64,000 nt of DNA from Bdellovibrionales bacterium (GCA_050250255.1 JBFWOZ010000007.1:1-64000); one strand, 5' to 3'. Shown: positions 35,289 through 46,978, counted from the stretch's first letter. A program made the numbers and translations. Notes: a model not told the origin generated them from the sequence alone.

Positions 35289-36932
35289 ATGAAAGAATTT
35301 TCGAGCCAAACTCGTAGTGAAAACCTCCAGAAACTTTCTGAAGAAAATTTTGATTTGTTGATTATTGGCGGTGGGATCACGGGTACGGGTGCCGCACGAG
35401 ATGCTGCGAGCCGAGGCTTAAAGGTTGCGCTCATCGACGGCCAAGATTTTGCCTCGGGCGCGAGCTCACGATCGAGCAAACTCATTCATGGTGGTATTCG
35501 TTATCTCGAAAACTATGAATTTCATTTAGTTTTTGAAGCACTTAATGAGCGACAACGTTTATTTCACATCGCCCCTCATCTCGTTCATCCTCTGAAGTTT
35601 GTTCTCCCGCTCTATGAGGGGGACCGCGTCACTCCATTTCTCATGGGAATTGGAATGTGGCTTTATGATGCGCTCGCACTGTTTGATGTGCCAATGCTCC
35701 ATTACTTTATGGGCCCTCGAAGTACGAAACGTGAGATTCCAAGTCTGCAAACAGATGGTTTAAAGGGTTCTTATGTCTATTCTGATGCGTACATGGATGA
35801 CGATCGACTCGTGATCGAAACCTTGCGCTCGGCTCATCAGTGGGGAGCCACAGCGGTGAACTACACCAAAGCGATCGGTGTAGAAATGCAAAATGGAAAA
35901 GTGGTGGCCGTTGATTGTCGCGATGAAAAAACAAAAAACACTTTTAAGATCAGAGCCAAACATTTTATTTCGACTGTAGGTCCGTGGACCGATATTTTAG
36001 GTCAGGATTTACTCAAAGATTGGAAAAAGCTTCTTCGACCAACAAAGGGAATTCATCTCACGTTTGAACAACATCGCTTTCCTTTGAAAGATGCCGTGGT
36101 TATGTCCACTCGAAATGATAAGCGCATTGTTTTTGGAATTCCTCGCCACGATATGGTGATTGTTGGAACGACAGACACCGCCTACCAAGAGCATCCAGAA
36201 AAAGTTTCGGCGACACGAGAAGATGTCGAATACCTTCTTAAAATTGTGAATAGTTATTTCCCTGGTGCAAAGCTCACCACAAAAGACATCGTAGCAAGTT
36301 ACGCAGGCGTTCGTCCGCTCATTGATGACGGCGCCGAGACCGAGAGTAAAACCAGTCGCGAACATCTCATCAAAAGTGATCCACGCAACATCACATTTGT
36401 GGCGGGCGGGAAATACACAACCTACCGCTACATGTCGCAGCAGACGATCGATGCAGCACTTGAAAACTTTGATCACGAAACTCGAAGTCGTTTGCAAAAG
36501 AGTCAAACCGAGTTGCCGCTCAATCCTGCCGCGAGCACGGACAATATCTGGAGAAGTTTGCGAGAAGTGGACGGGCTTGCTCAAGAATATGGACTCAAAC
36601 CTTCGAGCGTAGAATGGCTCATTCGTCGACACGGTTATGAAGCACAAAATCTTTTAGCAATAAAAACCGAGCAAGACCCTGATCTCGCCATTTGGCAAAT
36701 GGAGGTGATTCAAGCGGTACGATATACAATGTGTCTGCACCTATTGGATTTTTATGTTCGAAGAACTCCACTGATGTTGTCGCGAAGAGATCACGGCATG
36801 GGACTCATCGATGCAATCGCTCAATATTTCAGCCAAGAGCTCGGCTGGTCTGAAAATCAAAAAAGAGCTGAAGTTGAATCGGTAAAACAGTTCATTCTCA
36901 CCGAATACCGCTGGCGCACCACGAAGTTCTAA
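35289..36932 (+). CDS. glpD: FAD-dependent glycerol-3-phosphate dehydrogenase
   Basis: IGGGITG, SSRSSKLIHGGIRYL, GTTD, AGVRPL, GGKYTTYR. Confidence 0.95.
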   Translation: MKEFSSQTRSENLQKLSEENFDLLIIGGGITGTGAARDAASRGLKVALIDGQDFASGASSRSSKLIHGGIRYLENYEFHLVFEALNERQRLFHIAPHLVHPLKFVLPLYEGDRVTPFLMGIGMWLYDALALFDVPMLHYFMGPRSTKREIPSLQTDGLKGSYVYSDAYMDDDRLVIETLRSAHQWGATAVNYTKAIGVEMQNGKVVAVDCRDEKTKNTFKIRAKHFISTVGPWTDILGQDLLKDWKKLLRPTKGIHLTFEQHRFPLKDAVVMSTRNDKRIVFGIPRHDMVIVGTTDTAYQEHPEKVSATREDVEYLLKIVNSYFPGAKLTTKDIVASYAGVRPLIDDGAETESKTSREHLIKSDPRNITFVAGGKYTTYRYMSQQTIDAALENFDHETRSRLQKSQTELPLNPAASTDNIWRSLREVDGLAQEYGLKPSSVEWLIRRHGYEAQNLLAIKTEQDPDLAIWQMEVIQAVRYTMCLHLLDFYVRRTPLMLSRRDHGMGLIDAIAQYFSQELGWSENQKRAEVESVKQFILTEYRWRTTKF

Positions 36933-36988
36933 AAGGTACGGACACACTTTTGGGACTTGGTGCGTCCCAAAAGTGTGTCCGTACCTTT
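36932..36988. repeat. Perfect 25-bp inverted repeat (REP-like or bidirectional terminator)
   Basis: AAAGGTACGGACACACTTTTGGGAC-ttggtgc-GTCCCAAAAGTGTGTCCGTACCTTT. Confidence 0.9.
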
Positions 36989-37256
36989 ATAGAAATTTGA
37001 TGACTGTCGCGGCAGCTGCGATCGCTATGGTGACAATTGTTCCAAGTTTAATAACGATTCGGTATTCTGATTGAAGCATTTTGTGTTCCAGTCGTTCTAC
37101 AGACACGTCTAATTTGACTTCGAGATTTTTGACATCTTGTTTGGTAGCCAAATCACCCTCCGTGATTTCAGTTATCACTTGCACGTGGGCTTCAGCTTGT
37201 TCTCTCGCAATCCCACTTGCTTCAAGAAGTTTAACATATTTCAAAGTATTGTTCAT
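36987..37256 (-). CDS. DUF1640/CCDC90-like coiled-coil membrane protein
   Basis: TLKYVKLLEASGIAREQAEA, DLATKQD, C-terminal TM; GGAGG SD. Confidence 0.8.
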   Translation of the reverse strand: MNNTLKYVKLLEASGIAREQAEAHVQVITEITEGDLATKQDVKNLEVKLDVSVERLEHKMLQSEYRIVIKLGTIVTIAIAAAATVIKFL

Positions 37257-37360
37257 AGTGACCTCCAATGATAGGTACTGCTGCAATCTCTGTTGCGGTA
37301 TGGAGGTTGTGCTGCGTATGACTTGAAACAATTTTCAGGTCGATAGTCGTACATTGGAAG

Positions 37361-37381
37361 GAGCCTGTCTTAGACAGGCTC
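37361..37381. repeat. Perfect 10-bp palindrome (terminator or operator)
   Basis: GAGCCTGTCT-T-AGACAGGCTC. Confidence 0.6.
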
Positions 37382-37387
37382 GAGAAG

Positions 37388-37846
37388 TTATGTACTCTTC
37401 AGGTTTTTGACGATCGAGGCGATCTTTGAAAGGCTTGAAACTCCGTGCATTGCGAGGAATTTCATGAAAGTGGCGCCGCCTTCTTTCACGATGCCGAGAT
37501 AGCCATTCATGGTGATGGACAGGACGCTGCCGGGAACTTTGATTCTGACTCCGCCCGCCATATATTCTTTCAGTACGGCAATACCGAATTCGCCGACATC
37601 TTCACCGGGGTGTTGGCAGAGAATTTCTACCGTTTCGGGCTTCAGGTAGAAAATCACATCAGGTTTTTGCGCCGGTCGTTCTTCCAAAACGGGCTGTCCG
37701 TCACGGTGAAAATAGGCACATTCGATCTGATTGCCAATCACAACGCCCACTTCGACGTTTTTCTTCAGATGTTTCACGGATTTCTGGCTTGCAGGCTTGG
37801 ATTCCAAAAAGGCTTTAAGTTTTTCGAAGGTAGTTGGAGCTGGCAT
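37388..37846 (-). CDS. Hypothetical protein (possibly SCP2-like)
   Basis: GAGG SD; plausible coding composition; EERPAQKPDVIF resembles an SCP2 strand motif. Confidence 0.7.
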   Translation of the reverse strand: MPAPTTFEKLKAFLESKPASQKSVKHLKKNVEVGVVIGNQIECAYFHRDGQPVLEERPAQKPDVIFYLKPETVEILCQHPGEDVGEFGIAVLKEYMAGGVRIKVPGSVLSITMNGYLGIVKEGGATFMKFLAMHGVSSLSKIASIVKNLKST

Positions 37847-38013
37847 AGAATCGACCTCGTTTCAGCGGTTTCTTAACAGGTGTTAGTGGGTACACCCAAA
37901 CCCCCTAGAGATCAACGGATCGCCACGACAATTTGCGCATAGCAATAGGACCCCCTCAAGAGATGGTAACTAATCGTATTGACTCTTTTTTTGGCACCGC
38001 CGTAAGATTGTAG

Positions 38014-39096
<1,083 letters not shown>

Positions 39097-39099
39097 AAA

Positions 39100-39564
39100 A
39101 TGATCAACGAAACACAGATGAAATCTGTGGCACTCTTCTTTTTCTATGCATTTATGGAAGAGTCTGTGGCAACGGCGGCGATTAGCAAATCTTTACGAAA
39201 AATCGAAAGATCCCTGAGAAAAGGCGACGGCTTTTCCTCTTTTTCTTCCGCTTCCGTTTACTGGACAGAAAAAGTGTGGAGTCGTTATAACAAGAAAAAA
39301 CAATTTGTAAACCTTGGACTCGAGCGCATGTTTTCTCTGCCCAAAGATGTCGAACTAGAACCATGGAAACAACTACAAAAAGATGTGCTCCCTGAAGAGT
39401 ATTTGGCGGCTATCTGGACTGGTCTGCTTCAATATCCTCCGCAAGATATCGCAGAAGGTTTGGGTGTTAGTGTCGGCACGGTTCAACATCGTTCAGGTAT
39501 AGCTCTTAAAAAATTAGGTCTCTTACTCCAATCAGGAAAGCTTCATGCCAAAAAGAGAACTTAG
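39100..39564 (+). CDS. Degenerate ECF sigma-factor-like protein (sigma70 region 4 HTH)
   Basis: QDIAEGLGVSVGTVQHR...ALKKL; precedes a zf-HC2 gene. Confidence 0.6.
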   Translation: MINETQMKSVALFFFYAFMEESVATAAISKSLRKIERSLRKGDGFSSFSSASVYWTEKVWSRYNKKKQFVNLGLERMFSLPKDVELEPWKQLQKDVLPEEYLAAIWTGLLQYPPQDIAEGLGVSVGTVQHRSGIALKKLGLLLQSGKLHAKKRT

Positions 39565-40627
39565 TTGCTTTCTATGCCGCGAACTCCTCTATGAATTCGT
39601 GACGGGGACAATCGATAGTCGCCGCCGTCAAGCGGTGCAAGAGCATTTAGAAACCTGTCCTGAATGCAAAAAAGAACAAGACACTTTCAATCAGGGTCTC
39701 ACTTATTTGAAAGAACTGGGTCAGGCTAAAATTCATCCGAATTATCTTAAAGAAATTTCTGAACCAGAACCATTTCCAAAACGAATTCTCAAAAAGATCG
39801 GGTGGCATAAGTGGCCAGATCCGGTGAGATGGACTGTAGAAAGTGTTGTTGTCGGTTCTGTGCTAGCAGTATTGATCGGAGTGGTATCTCAAAAATTTCT
39901 TTTCAACTCCGAGAACAATGAGGCGGCTCTTTACACAGATACTGAAAATCCAGTAGAAGTCGCACAGCAGGTTCCAGAAACACCTTCCGATCAATTACAG
40001 GGTAATGAAAACGGTGAAAATCCCTATACAGGAAGTGATGAAGAATACTCTCCTGAGGTGGAGACGACTCCTGCTGCAAAAGTGGAAACTTCACTGCCCC
40101 CAGCGTCGACACCATCAGCTCCCGTTGCTAAGAGTGAAGCAGTGGCTAAAGCTCCGACGGTGACAGAGCCAAAATCCGACGGCTTTCTCTACCGTGGCAG
40201 CATGTATATTCAAGAGGTGGGTGCGGCAACTCCTTCTGTCGTGAAAAAAATTATTTCTCTTGGCGGAAAAAGAGCAGGGGAAGTGGAGCTGGGTTGGAAA
40301 CAACCTGGAGGAAGCTACTTCCACTTTTCTATGCCGGAAAAAGAGTTGAATGCTCTCTTGGAACATTTAAAACAGTATGGAAAATTAAACCTCGTAAAAG
40401 AAAAAAATCGTCGGGTCATGCCGTCAGGAACAATTCGTATCATTTTAAATTTGAATGGTCCTCGAGGAGACGCTACAGTTCCGATGACAAATCCTGAACC
40501 TTCTAATCCTTCAGAGCCTTCTGAAAGTGCGGTTCCTGTGCCAACGCCGGCGTCGGATGTGCCCGTACCTCCAGCGGTTCCAGTGGAAGAGGCAACTCCT
40601 GAAGCAAATGTAGAGGAGGCCCAGTGA
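39545..40627 (+). CDS. zf-HC2 anti-sigma-like membrane protein
   Basis: C...HLETCPEC (HxxxCxxC), one TM segment, periplasmic domain. Confidence 0.8.
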   Translation: MPKRELSCFLCRELLYEFVTGTIDSRRRQAVQEHLETCPECKKEQDTFNQGLTYLKELGQAKIHPNYLKEISEPEPFPKRILKKIGWHKWPDPVRWTVESVVVGSVLAVLIGVVSQKFLFNSENNEAALYTDTENPVEVAQQVPETPSDQLQGNENGENPYTGSDEEYSPEVETTPAAKVETSLPPASTPSAPVAKSEAVAKAPTVTEPKSDGFLYRGSMYIQEVGAATPSVVKKIISLGGKRAGEVELGWKQPGGSYFHFSMPEKELNALLEHLKQYGKLNLVKEKNRRVMPSGTIRIILNLNGPRGDATVPMTNPEPSNPSEPSESAVPVPTPASDVPVPPAVPVEEATPEANVEEAQ

Positions 40628-42555
40628 GATCCGCAAGAAAATCAAAACGTTCTCTCCGAAGCGCATTGATGTTTTCTTATTTGCTCTTTTCAATCGCACC
40701 GCTCGCATTTATTACCGCTTACTCGCTCGCAATCTATCAGGGAGCTATTAACGATGAATTGAAAAAGCGTCTGGATGGCAATGCTCGTGAGATCAGTGTG
40801 ATTATTACGGAATGGGAACAGCACTTACTTTCCTATGGAAGGATTCACGCGTCAGAACCAAGTTTAATCTACGATCTCTCTACTAGTTCGACATCACGAT
40901 CAAAAACTTTGCTAGAAGGTTGGCTGCGCACTTATATTGCGAATCGAATTTCAGTGTTTGATGACGAAGGGGCCCTTGTTATTTCTAGTACCAGAGTCGG
41001 TCCAGGAAAAGTACAGACAGTGGCCAGCTCTTCTGATCAAGAAGTCTTGTTAAACACGAACATTCTGAGCACACTCAAAAATAAGGACCAAATGAGTGTG
41101 CGTGACCCACGTCCTAGCGAAAATCTAGAATTAGTTGTTTATACGAAGATCATGAACAAAAAGGGTGGAGTTGCTGGTTATCTTGAAGAGCTCATCGTGA
41201 TCGATCAAAATTTTCTTTCCAATTTAAAAAATCGACTGAAGCTTGAGGTGATTTTGCTTAATGAACAGGGACAAGTCTCCGTTTCTAGCCAAAAAGACTT
41301 TTCACTCTACTCCCAATCGTTTTTCCAAGAGCGTATGGATCAGGAGAAAATTGGTTTTTTTGATCACACGATTCGTGATGAGCCTTATGGATTTATCATT
41401 CGTCCTTTGCAAAGTTCTGGCGGAAAAATTCTTATCGCACTTGGTGCCTCTAAAAAAGACTCTCAGCAAGTCTTGAGGCGTATTGCGGTAGCCATGTTTT
41501 CTGTCTCGGGCGTTCTTATTTTACTTCTGTTCCCTACGCTTTTTTGGATTTCCCGCATGATCTTAAAACCATTAGATCAACTTGTTTCGGCAGCGCAAAA
41601 AATTGAAAGCGGCGAGGCGGTTCAAAAAATCCCAATTGAAAGTACGAGCGAAATATCGGTTTTAACTGATGCCTTCAACAATATGTCGCATAAGGTGAGC
41701 CAAGCTCGTAAAGAGCTCACGAATAAAATTGCAGAGTTAGAATTAACCAATAAAGAACTTCAAGAAACGCAAGCGCAGCTTGTTCATTCCAGCAAGATGG
41801 TGAGCCTTGGTCAGTTGGTAGCGGGTATTGCCCACGAACTTAACAATCCGATTGGTTTTATTTATTCGAATATGGCTCACTTGAAAGAGTATTCAGATAA
41901 ACTCGTAAGCCTCATCGAAACGGCAGAAAAACACCCAGAAAATCTTCTTTCGGAAAAAAAGAAAGCCGAGTTTGATTACATTATCGAAGATTTACCACGT
42001 CTTATAAAAAGCTGTGAAGATGGGGCGCGCCGAACCCGCGACATCGTTATTGGATTACGTAATTTTTCTCGTCTGGATGAAGCACAAATTAAAGAAATGG
42101 ATATCACGGAGAGTATCAAAAACACTTTGGATCTACTTACCGGTGAATTGAAAAATCGAATTGATGTAAAAACAGATTTCCAAAAACTCCCTCTCGTAAA
42201 ATGTTACGTCAGTCAAATTAATCAAGTTTTTATGAACATCCTTACTAATGCCGCTCAGGCCGTTGAAGGCAAAGGAACGATTTGGATTAAAACATCACAA
42301 GAGGCTGACCAAATTCAAGTGAGTGTTCGTGATAGCGGTCAGGGAATCAGTGAAAAAAATCTCGAGAAGATATTTGACCCGTTTTTTACGACAAAACCTG
42401 TTGGTCAGGGAACCGGGCTTGGTCTAAGCATTTCTTTCGGCATTGTCAAAAAGCACGGCGGAGATATTACGGTTGAATCTGCTCCTGGAAAAGGAACAGA
42501 ATTTGTAATCTGTCTCCCCATCAATCCTCATCTCGAGGAAATCGCGGCTGTTTAA
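40624..42555 (+). CDS. Sensor histidine kinase (TM-HAMP-HisKA-HATPase)
   Basis: AGIAHELNNP, NILTNA, DSGQG, FDPFFTTK, GTGLGL. Confidence 0.95.
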   Translation: MRSARKSKRSLRSALMFSYLLFSIAPLAFITAYSLAIYQGAINDELKKRLDGNAREISVIITEWEQHLLSYGRIHASEPSLIYDLSTSSTSRSKTLLEGWLRTYIANRISVFDDEGALVISSTRVGPGKVQTVASSSDQEVLLNTNILSTLKNKDQMSVRDPRPSENLELVVYTKIMNKKGGVAGYLEELIVIDQNFLSNLKNRLKLEVILLNEQGQVSVSSQKDFSLYSQSFFQERMDQEKIGFFDHTIRDEPYGFIIRPLQSSGGKILIALGASKKDSQQVLRRIAVAMFSVSGVLILLLFPTLFWISRMILKPLDQLVSAAQKIESGEAVQKIPIESTSEISVLTDAFNNMSHKVSQARKELTNKIAELELTNKELQETQAQLVHSSKMVSLGQLVAGIAHELNNPIGFIYSNMAHLKEYSDKLVSLIETAEKHPENLLSEKKKAEFDYIIEDLPRLIKSCEDGARRTRDIVIGLRNFSRLDEAQIKEMDITESIKNTLDLLTGELKNRIDVKTDFQKLPLVKCYVSQINQVFMNILTNAAQAVEGKGTIWIKTSQEADQIQVSVRDSGQGISEKNLEKIFDPFFTTKPVGQGTGLGLSISFGIVKKHGGDITVESAPGKGTEFVICLPINPHLEEIAAV

Positions 42556-42935
42556 ATGATGTGGCCTCGATCTTTAAAGCTGTAATAAGTTTCTGTTGTT
42601 AGGACGAGATGATCTACGATAGGAATCTGCAAAAGTTGAGCCGCCTGAATGAGATTATCTGTGATTCGGACATCTTCGGAAGAAGGCTTACAATCGCCGG
42701 AAGGGTGGTTGTGCGCCACTAGTAAAGATGAAGCATTCTGCTGTATAGCAAAACGAAAAATATCTCGAGGATGAATAACGCAGCGATCGACGGTGCCTCG
42801 AAATATCATGCGACTTGCAAGCAAACATTTCTTGGAGCTAAGAGCTAAAACCCAAAACTCCTCCACATCTGAACTGATCTGGTTTTTAAGATATTGATAG
42901 GCGATTTGACTGGAAATAACGCTAATGGAACTCAT
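42552..42935 (-). CDS. RadC-like JAB-domain-only protein
   Basis: EEFWVLAL, HPRDIF, HNHPSGD..PS.ED, DHLV. Confidence 0.9.
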   Translation of the reverse strand: MSSISVISSQIAYQYLKNQISSDVEEFWVLALSSKKCLLASRMIFRGTVDRCVIHPRDIFRFAIQQNASSLLVAHNHPSGDCKPSSEDVRITDNLIQAAQLLQIPIVDHLVLTTETYYSFKDRGHII

Positions 42936-43003
42936 ACTATGTCTCCCACATGCAAAGTGGGAGATTCTCAGCAAAAGCTTAAGCTAAAAAGTGAGCTTGA
43001 AAT

Positions 43004-43372
43004 TTATCGAGATTCGGATGGTTGATTCTGCTCTTCGTAAATTTGTTCTTGAATCAAAGCATCAGAATTTTTTGGTTTATAAGACTTTCGGAGCGAAGTG
43101 TCTTGAATGCCCGGCTCGGTTTGCATATTTACCCCGAAGCTGGAGTAGTCCGCTTGGTTTGTAAAGCTCGCCGACTGATCGATGTTCGGAGCAGAAAGAG
43201 AGTTGTCGACTTCGACTTTGTCTTTTTCGAGTTGCATTTTTTTGTGAGTGTAGGTCATGTGCTCATTCACAGACTTAAGAGATTTTTTAGGCGCCTGATT
43301 CCGTGCCTCTACAAAAGAAGTCCGAGAAAACAGCAGTATCGTTATGAGACAAAATAGATTTTTGTAAGACAT
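43004..43372 (-). CDS. Hypothetical secreted protein
   Basis: Signal-peptide-like N-terminus. Confidence 0.55.
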   Translation of the reverse strand: MSYKNLFCLITILLFSRTSFVEARNQAPKKSLKSVNEHMTYTHKKMQLEKDKVEVDNSLSAPNIDQSASFTNQADYSSFGVNMQTEPGIQDTSLRKSYKPKNSDALIQEQIYEEQNQPSESR

Positions 43373-43562
43373 ACCCTTTTATTATAGCAAAAACGTTGCC
43401 TTTTCGAAAGCTAACCAGCCCTTTGGCAGCTGTTATGGCCTGTACATCTGGGCATATGTCGCACACCTCAAATCTTCGTCCCAAAATGTCTCAAGCCATT
43501 TTATGTTGTGAGACATAATTGCAGCATTTTTAGGGTAGGGCGAGTTATAGGCGCCTTGAGAG

Positions 43563-43578
43563 CGGACCCCTTTTTGCT
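43563..43578 (+). promoter_or_regulatory. Sigma-54-like promoter
   Basis: CGGACCCCTTTTTGCT, GG-N10-GC, about 33 bp before ATG 43612. Confidence 0.45.
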
Positions 43579-43611
43579 TCGTTAAAAGGCACAACTAGGA
43601 AGGAGACATCT

Positions 43612-43938
43612 ATGAAGTACTTTCTGTATACAGTTTTAAGTATCTTTTTTGTTTTTGGAGCTCATGCGCAGTCGGTCGTAGCACCTAATTTTGAGATTCT
43701 GTCTTATGCTTTTCAGTCAGAGAGTGTGAAGTCGGCGTTAAGGAATCATTCTCTTCAGAGCGTGGTCATTACCCAATCTGTGGAATTTACAACTTGGACT
43801 TTTGCTATTCAGATTCAGTCTATTCCCGGCGCGGAAATAGAGACTCAATCATGCCAAACTCTTATTGTTGTGAAAGCGATCAGTGGTATTGCGGGCATGA
43901 TCATCGATCCGCCAAAAGTTTTAGACTCTTGTGAATAA
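43612..43938 (+). CDS. Hypothetical secreted protein
   Basis: AAGGAG SD; signal peptide ending AHA. Confidence 0.7.
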   Translation: MKYFLYTVLSIFFVFGAHAQSVVAPNFEILSYAFQSESVKSALRNHSLQSVVITQSVEFTTWTFAIQIQSIPGAEIETQSCQTLIVVKAISGIAGMIIDPPKVLDSCE

Positions 43939-43949
43939 TTGGAATGTTC

Positions 43950-45002
43950 CTACTGTTTTTGCCCGCTTCGCAGCTTAAGGCTTGCGGAGGCGGCTAAAAT
44001 AGAACGAACGGCCCCATCATCATCTTCATCATAAATATCCCCGATAATTTCTTCGAGAATGTCCTCAAGCGTGATGATGCCGATTAAAATATCGGTGTTT
44101 GAGAGTACAAGGCACATATGTTTACGGCTCACTTGCATGAGGCGAAGAGCTTTAAGAAGCGAGTCCCCTTCTTTAATTTTTAAGATGGGTCGAATGATGG
44201 ATTTCCAATCCACAGCACCAGCATGTCGAAAGGCCATAAACTCTTTGGTATGCAAGATTCCGAGAACGCTGGAGTCATCACAAACGGGGAGGCGCGTGTG
44301 GCCCGACGCTAAAACAATCTCGGCTACGCGTTCGGCGGTTTGGGTCACGTGAACCGTGTTTACTTTTTCCCATGGAAACATCACATCGCGAATTCGCTTC
44401 TTCTCTAAATCGACAAGATTGATCACGTACTGTTGATGTTGCGCGGAGAGCTTATCGATATTGAGATTGTCGGTGCCTTGGCTTTTCGGCTCATTACGAA
44501 AGCGAAAAAATCGAGCGATGGTACGAGTGGAGATCTCTAAAACAAAAACAATCGGAGAAAAAATATTATCGAGTATGACTAAAAGAGGAGCTCCAAATTT
44601 CGCAACGGTGAGGGGGTGTCGTAGAGCTATAGTTTTTGGAACAAGCTCGCCAACCACCACCGTTAGGTAGGTGAGGGGTAATACAACAATCATCACTGCA
44701 ATGGCACCGGCGACACTGTCGCTTAAGCCAAACTCGGTGGTTAAAATAGGACTTAAAACTTCTTCCGCACCGGCTCCGCCAACGGCTGCTGAAATAGCAC
44801 CTACTAATGTGATCCCTACCTGTAGGATCGAGAGTGTTCGCTCAGGGTTTTCGCGGTAAGTGAGAAGGCGTCCCGCAAGGGTGTCTCCATCTTTTTTTAA
44901 TTGCTTAAGAAGCGGGAGGCTTAAGGAGATAAAGGCCATTTCCACTGCGGAAAGAAGGGCATTGATCGCAAGACATGTAAGAACGACAGCTATTTTTAGC
45001 AT
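43950..45002 (-). CDS. Hemolysin-family/CNNM (DUF21) + CBS protein
   Basis: SAVEMAF, QVGIT, GELVPK, HTRLPV, TLEDILEEIIGDIYDE. Confidence 0.92.
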   Translation of the reverse strand: MLKIAVVLTCLAINALLSAVEMAFISLSLPLLKQLKKDGDTLAGRLLTYRENPERTLSILQVGITLVGAISAAVGGAGAEEVLSPILTTEFGLSDSVAGAIAVMIVVLPLTYLTVVVGELVPKTIALRHPLTVAKFGAPLLVILDNIFSPIVFVLEISTRTIARFFRFRNEPKSQGTDNLNIDKLSAQHQQYVINLVDLEKKRIRDVMFPWEKVNTVHVTQTAERVAEIVLASGHTRLPVCDDSSVLGILHTKEFMAFRHAGAVDWKSIIRPILKIKEGDSLLKALRLMQVSRKHMCLVLSNTDILIGIITLEDILEEIIGDIYDEDDDGAVRSILAASASLKLRSGQKQ

Positions 45003-45130
45003 CCGCGCACCATAGAAGTACTAAGGCACCATTAACTGGCCGCGTTGTCAAACGAGGCGGGGCCGCATTAAATCTTTCGTCGTTTCTAGGTTTGTATATA
45101 CTTATCCTTTAATCTCTTTAAGGAGTGTCC

Positions 45131-45727
45131 ATGAAAAACAGTTTATTTGTTTTACTGTGCGTTGCTTTGTTCGCTGTCGGCTGTGGTCCTAAGGCCTTTG
45201 TAAAAGGTGATTACGATAAGGACGTTGAAAGAGACAATCTCTTAAATGACCAGTGGTCTGAAACAGATATGCAAAAAGCGGTGAAAGATCTCGTCGAGAG
45301 CATGGCCAATCACCACAGCATTGCTGCGGCTAAAAAACCGCCAACCGTAATGGTGACGAAGCTTCAAAACAAAACCAGCGAACATATCGACACTCAAAGC
45401 ATTATGGATATGGTTCGTGTGGAAATCATGAACAAAAAGAACGTTGCATTTGTGGATCGTGAAGCGCGTGAAGATATGGACGAAGAGTATAACTACCAAA
45501 ACTCCGGTCGTGTAGGCAAAGACAGCAAAAAAGGCCCGGGCAAACAGATTGGTGCCGACTTTATTTTGAATGGTCGATTAGATTCAATCGTTCAAGAAGT
45601 GGGTAAAGACAAAACGGTTTATTACAAGCTCACTTTAAATCTCACCAATCTTGAAAGTGGTGTGATTGCTTGGTCAAACTATAAACAAATCCGTAAGATC
45701 TATAAAAAGAAATCAATCGGCCTTTAA
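45131..45727 (+). CDS. lpoB: Penicillin-binding protein activator LpoB family lipoprotein
   Basis: Lipobox AVGC; WSETD, NKTSEHID, GADFILNG, YYKLTLNL. Confidence 0.8.
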   Translation: MKNSLFVLLCVALFAVGCGPKAFVKGDYDKDVERDNLLNDQWSETDMQKAVKDLVESMANHHSIAAAKKPPTVMVTKLQNKTSEHIDTQSIMDMVRVEIMNKKNVAFVDREAREDMDEEYNYQNSGRVGKDSKKGPGKQIGADFILNGRLDSIVQEVGKDKTVYYKLTLNLTNLESGVIAWSNYKQIRKIYKKKSIGL

Positions 45728-45748
45728 TTCACTTAGGAAAAAGGAAGA

Positions 45749-46978
45749 ATGAAAAAGCTTTTTCTATCGCTCTCCATTCTTCTTTTCGTTATCGGTTGTT
45801 CGACCTATCAAAAAAAATCAGGCGAAGCTCGAGGGCTTCTCGAGCGCGGCCGCCCAGATGAGGCCATCAAAATTTTAGAACCATTAGCGAAAGAAGAAGG
45901 CGATGACCAGCTCGTTTATCTTCTCGACTATGCCGTCGCTCTCCAATCAGCTGGTCGCTACGAGGACAGTACAAAAGCCTTTTTACAAGCGGCGAAGCTT
46001 GCGGAAGTGAAGGACTACCATAGTCTTTCGCGTGTCGTGGGATCCTTCGCTCTTAATGAGGGGATGATTCAATATAAGGGCGAAGATTACGAAAAGCTGT
46101 TGATCAATGTATTTCTCGCCCAAAACTTTCTCATGCAAAACGATCTCGATGGAGCTTTGGTTGAAACTCGAAGGCTCGATCAAATGCTCAATAAATATCG
46201 TATTGAAGCCAAAAGAGATTACGAGCAAAACGCGTTTGCCGTTTATCTCTCGGCCATGATCTGGGAGGCCGACCGCAAGTGGGACGATGCTTACATTGCT
46301 TACAGCCGTGCTCACAAGCTTCGACCCGATATCAAGATGTTAGGTGCCGATTTACTTCGTAGTTCACAGATGGCACAGCGACCTGAAGAATTCGACAAGT
46401 GGAAAAAACTCTACCCTAAAGTGAAAATGGATAAAAAGTGGTGGAAGGACCCAAATATGGGAGAGCTTGTTCTTGTCTACCAACAAGGGAGGGCGGCAGT
46501 GAAAAGACCGCATCCTGATATGCATAGAATTCCAAAACTTTTTCATGTTCCGTCGAACACGGCCGCGGCCCGACTCGAAGTGATAGGCGGTCCCACTCAA
46601 GATACCGAGATTGTTTACAATGTTTCTCAAATTGCTATCAAAACCCTCGATGATGCCTACACCGCGCTTATCGCCAAAAGAGTAGCGGGATTAGCGGCCA
46701 AAGCCGTGATCGCTGATCAGGTGAGACAAAAAGATGAGCTTCTGGGCTTCATCACATGGATTGGATTAAATATCGCGGATCAGGCGGATCTCAGGCAGTG
46801 GTCGACGCTCCCTGAAACCTTCCAAGTGGCCCGAATCCCTCTCGCAGCCGGTACTTACAAGATGAAGATTCATGGCTTGCTTGCTTCAGGAACTCCTTCG
46901 GGAGAGGCGGCCGGTGAGCAAGAAATTAAAATCGAACCTCGTAAGAAAAAGTTTTTGCTCTGGCGTTCGTTCCAGTAA
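45749..46978 (+). CDS. COG3014-like TPR lipoprotein
   Basis: Lipobox VIGC; YKGEDYE, ALVETRR, ADLRQWSTLP. Confidence 0.8.
   Translation: MKKLFLSLSILLFVIGCSTYQKKSGEARGLLERGRPDEAIKILEPLAKEEGDDQLVYLLDYAVALQSAGRYEDSTKAFLQAAKLAEVKDYHSLSRVVGSFALNEGMIQYKGEDYEKLLINVFLAQNFLMQNDLDGALVETRRLDQMLNKYRIEAKRDYEQNAFAVYLSAMIWEADRKWDDAYIAYSRAHKLRPDIKMLGADLLRSSQMAQRPEEFDKWKKLYPKVKMDKKWWKDPNMGELVLVYQQGRAAVKRPHPDMHRIPKLFHVPSNTAAARLEVIGGPTQDTEIVYNVSQIAIKTLDDAYTALIAKRVAGLAAKAVIADQVRQKDELLGFITWIGLNIADQADLRQWSTLPETFQVARIPLAAGTYKMKIHGLLASGTPSGEAAGEQEIKIEPRKKKFLLWRSFQ

Noticed and set aside
37388..37846. Apparently higher-GC gene as a foreign insertion
   Set aside because: Short span, judged only by eye, with no mobility genes
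42552..42935. RadC-like gene as a marker of a mobile element
   Set aside because: No other mobile-element genes adjacent
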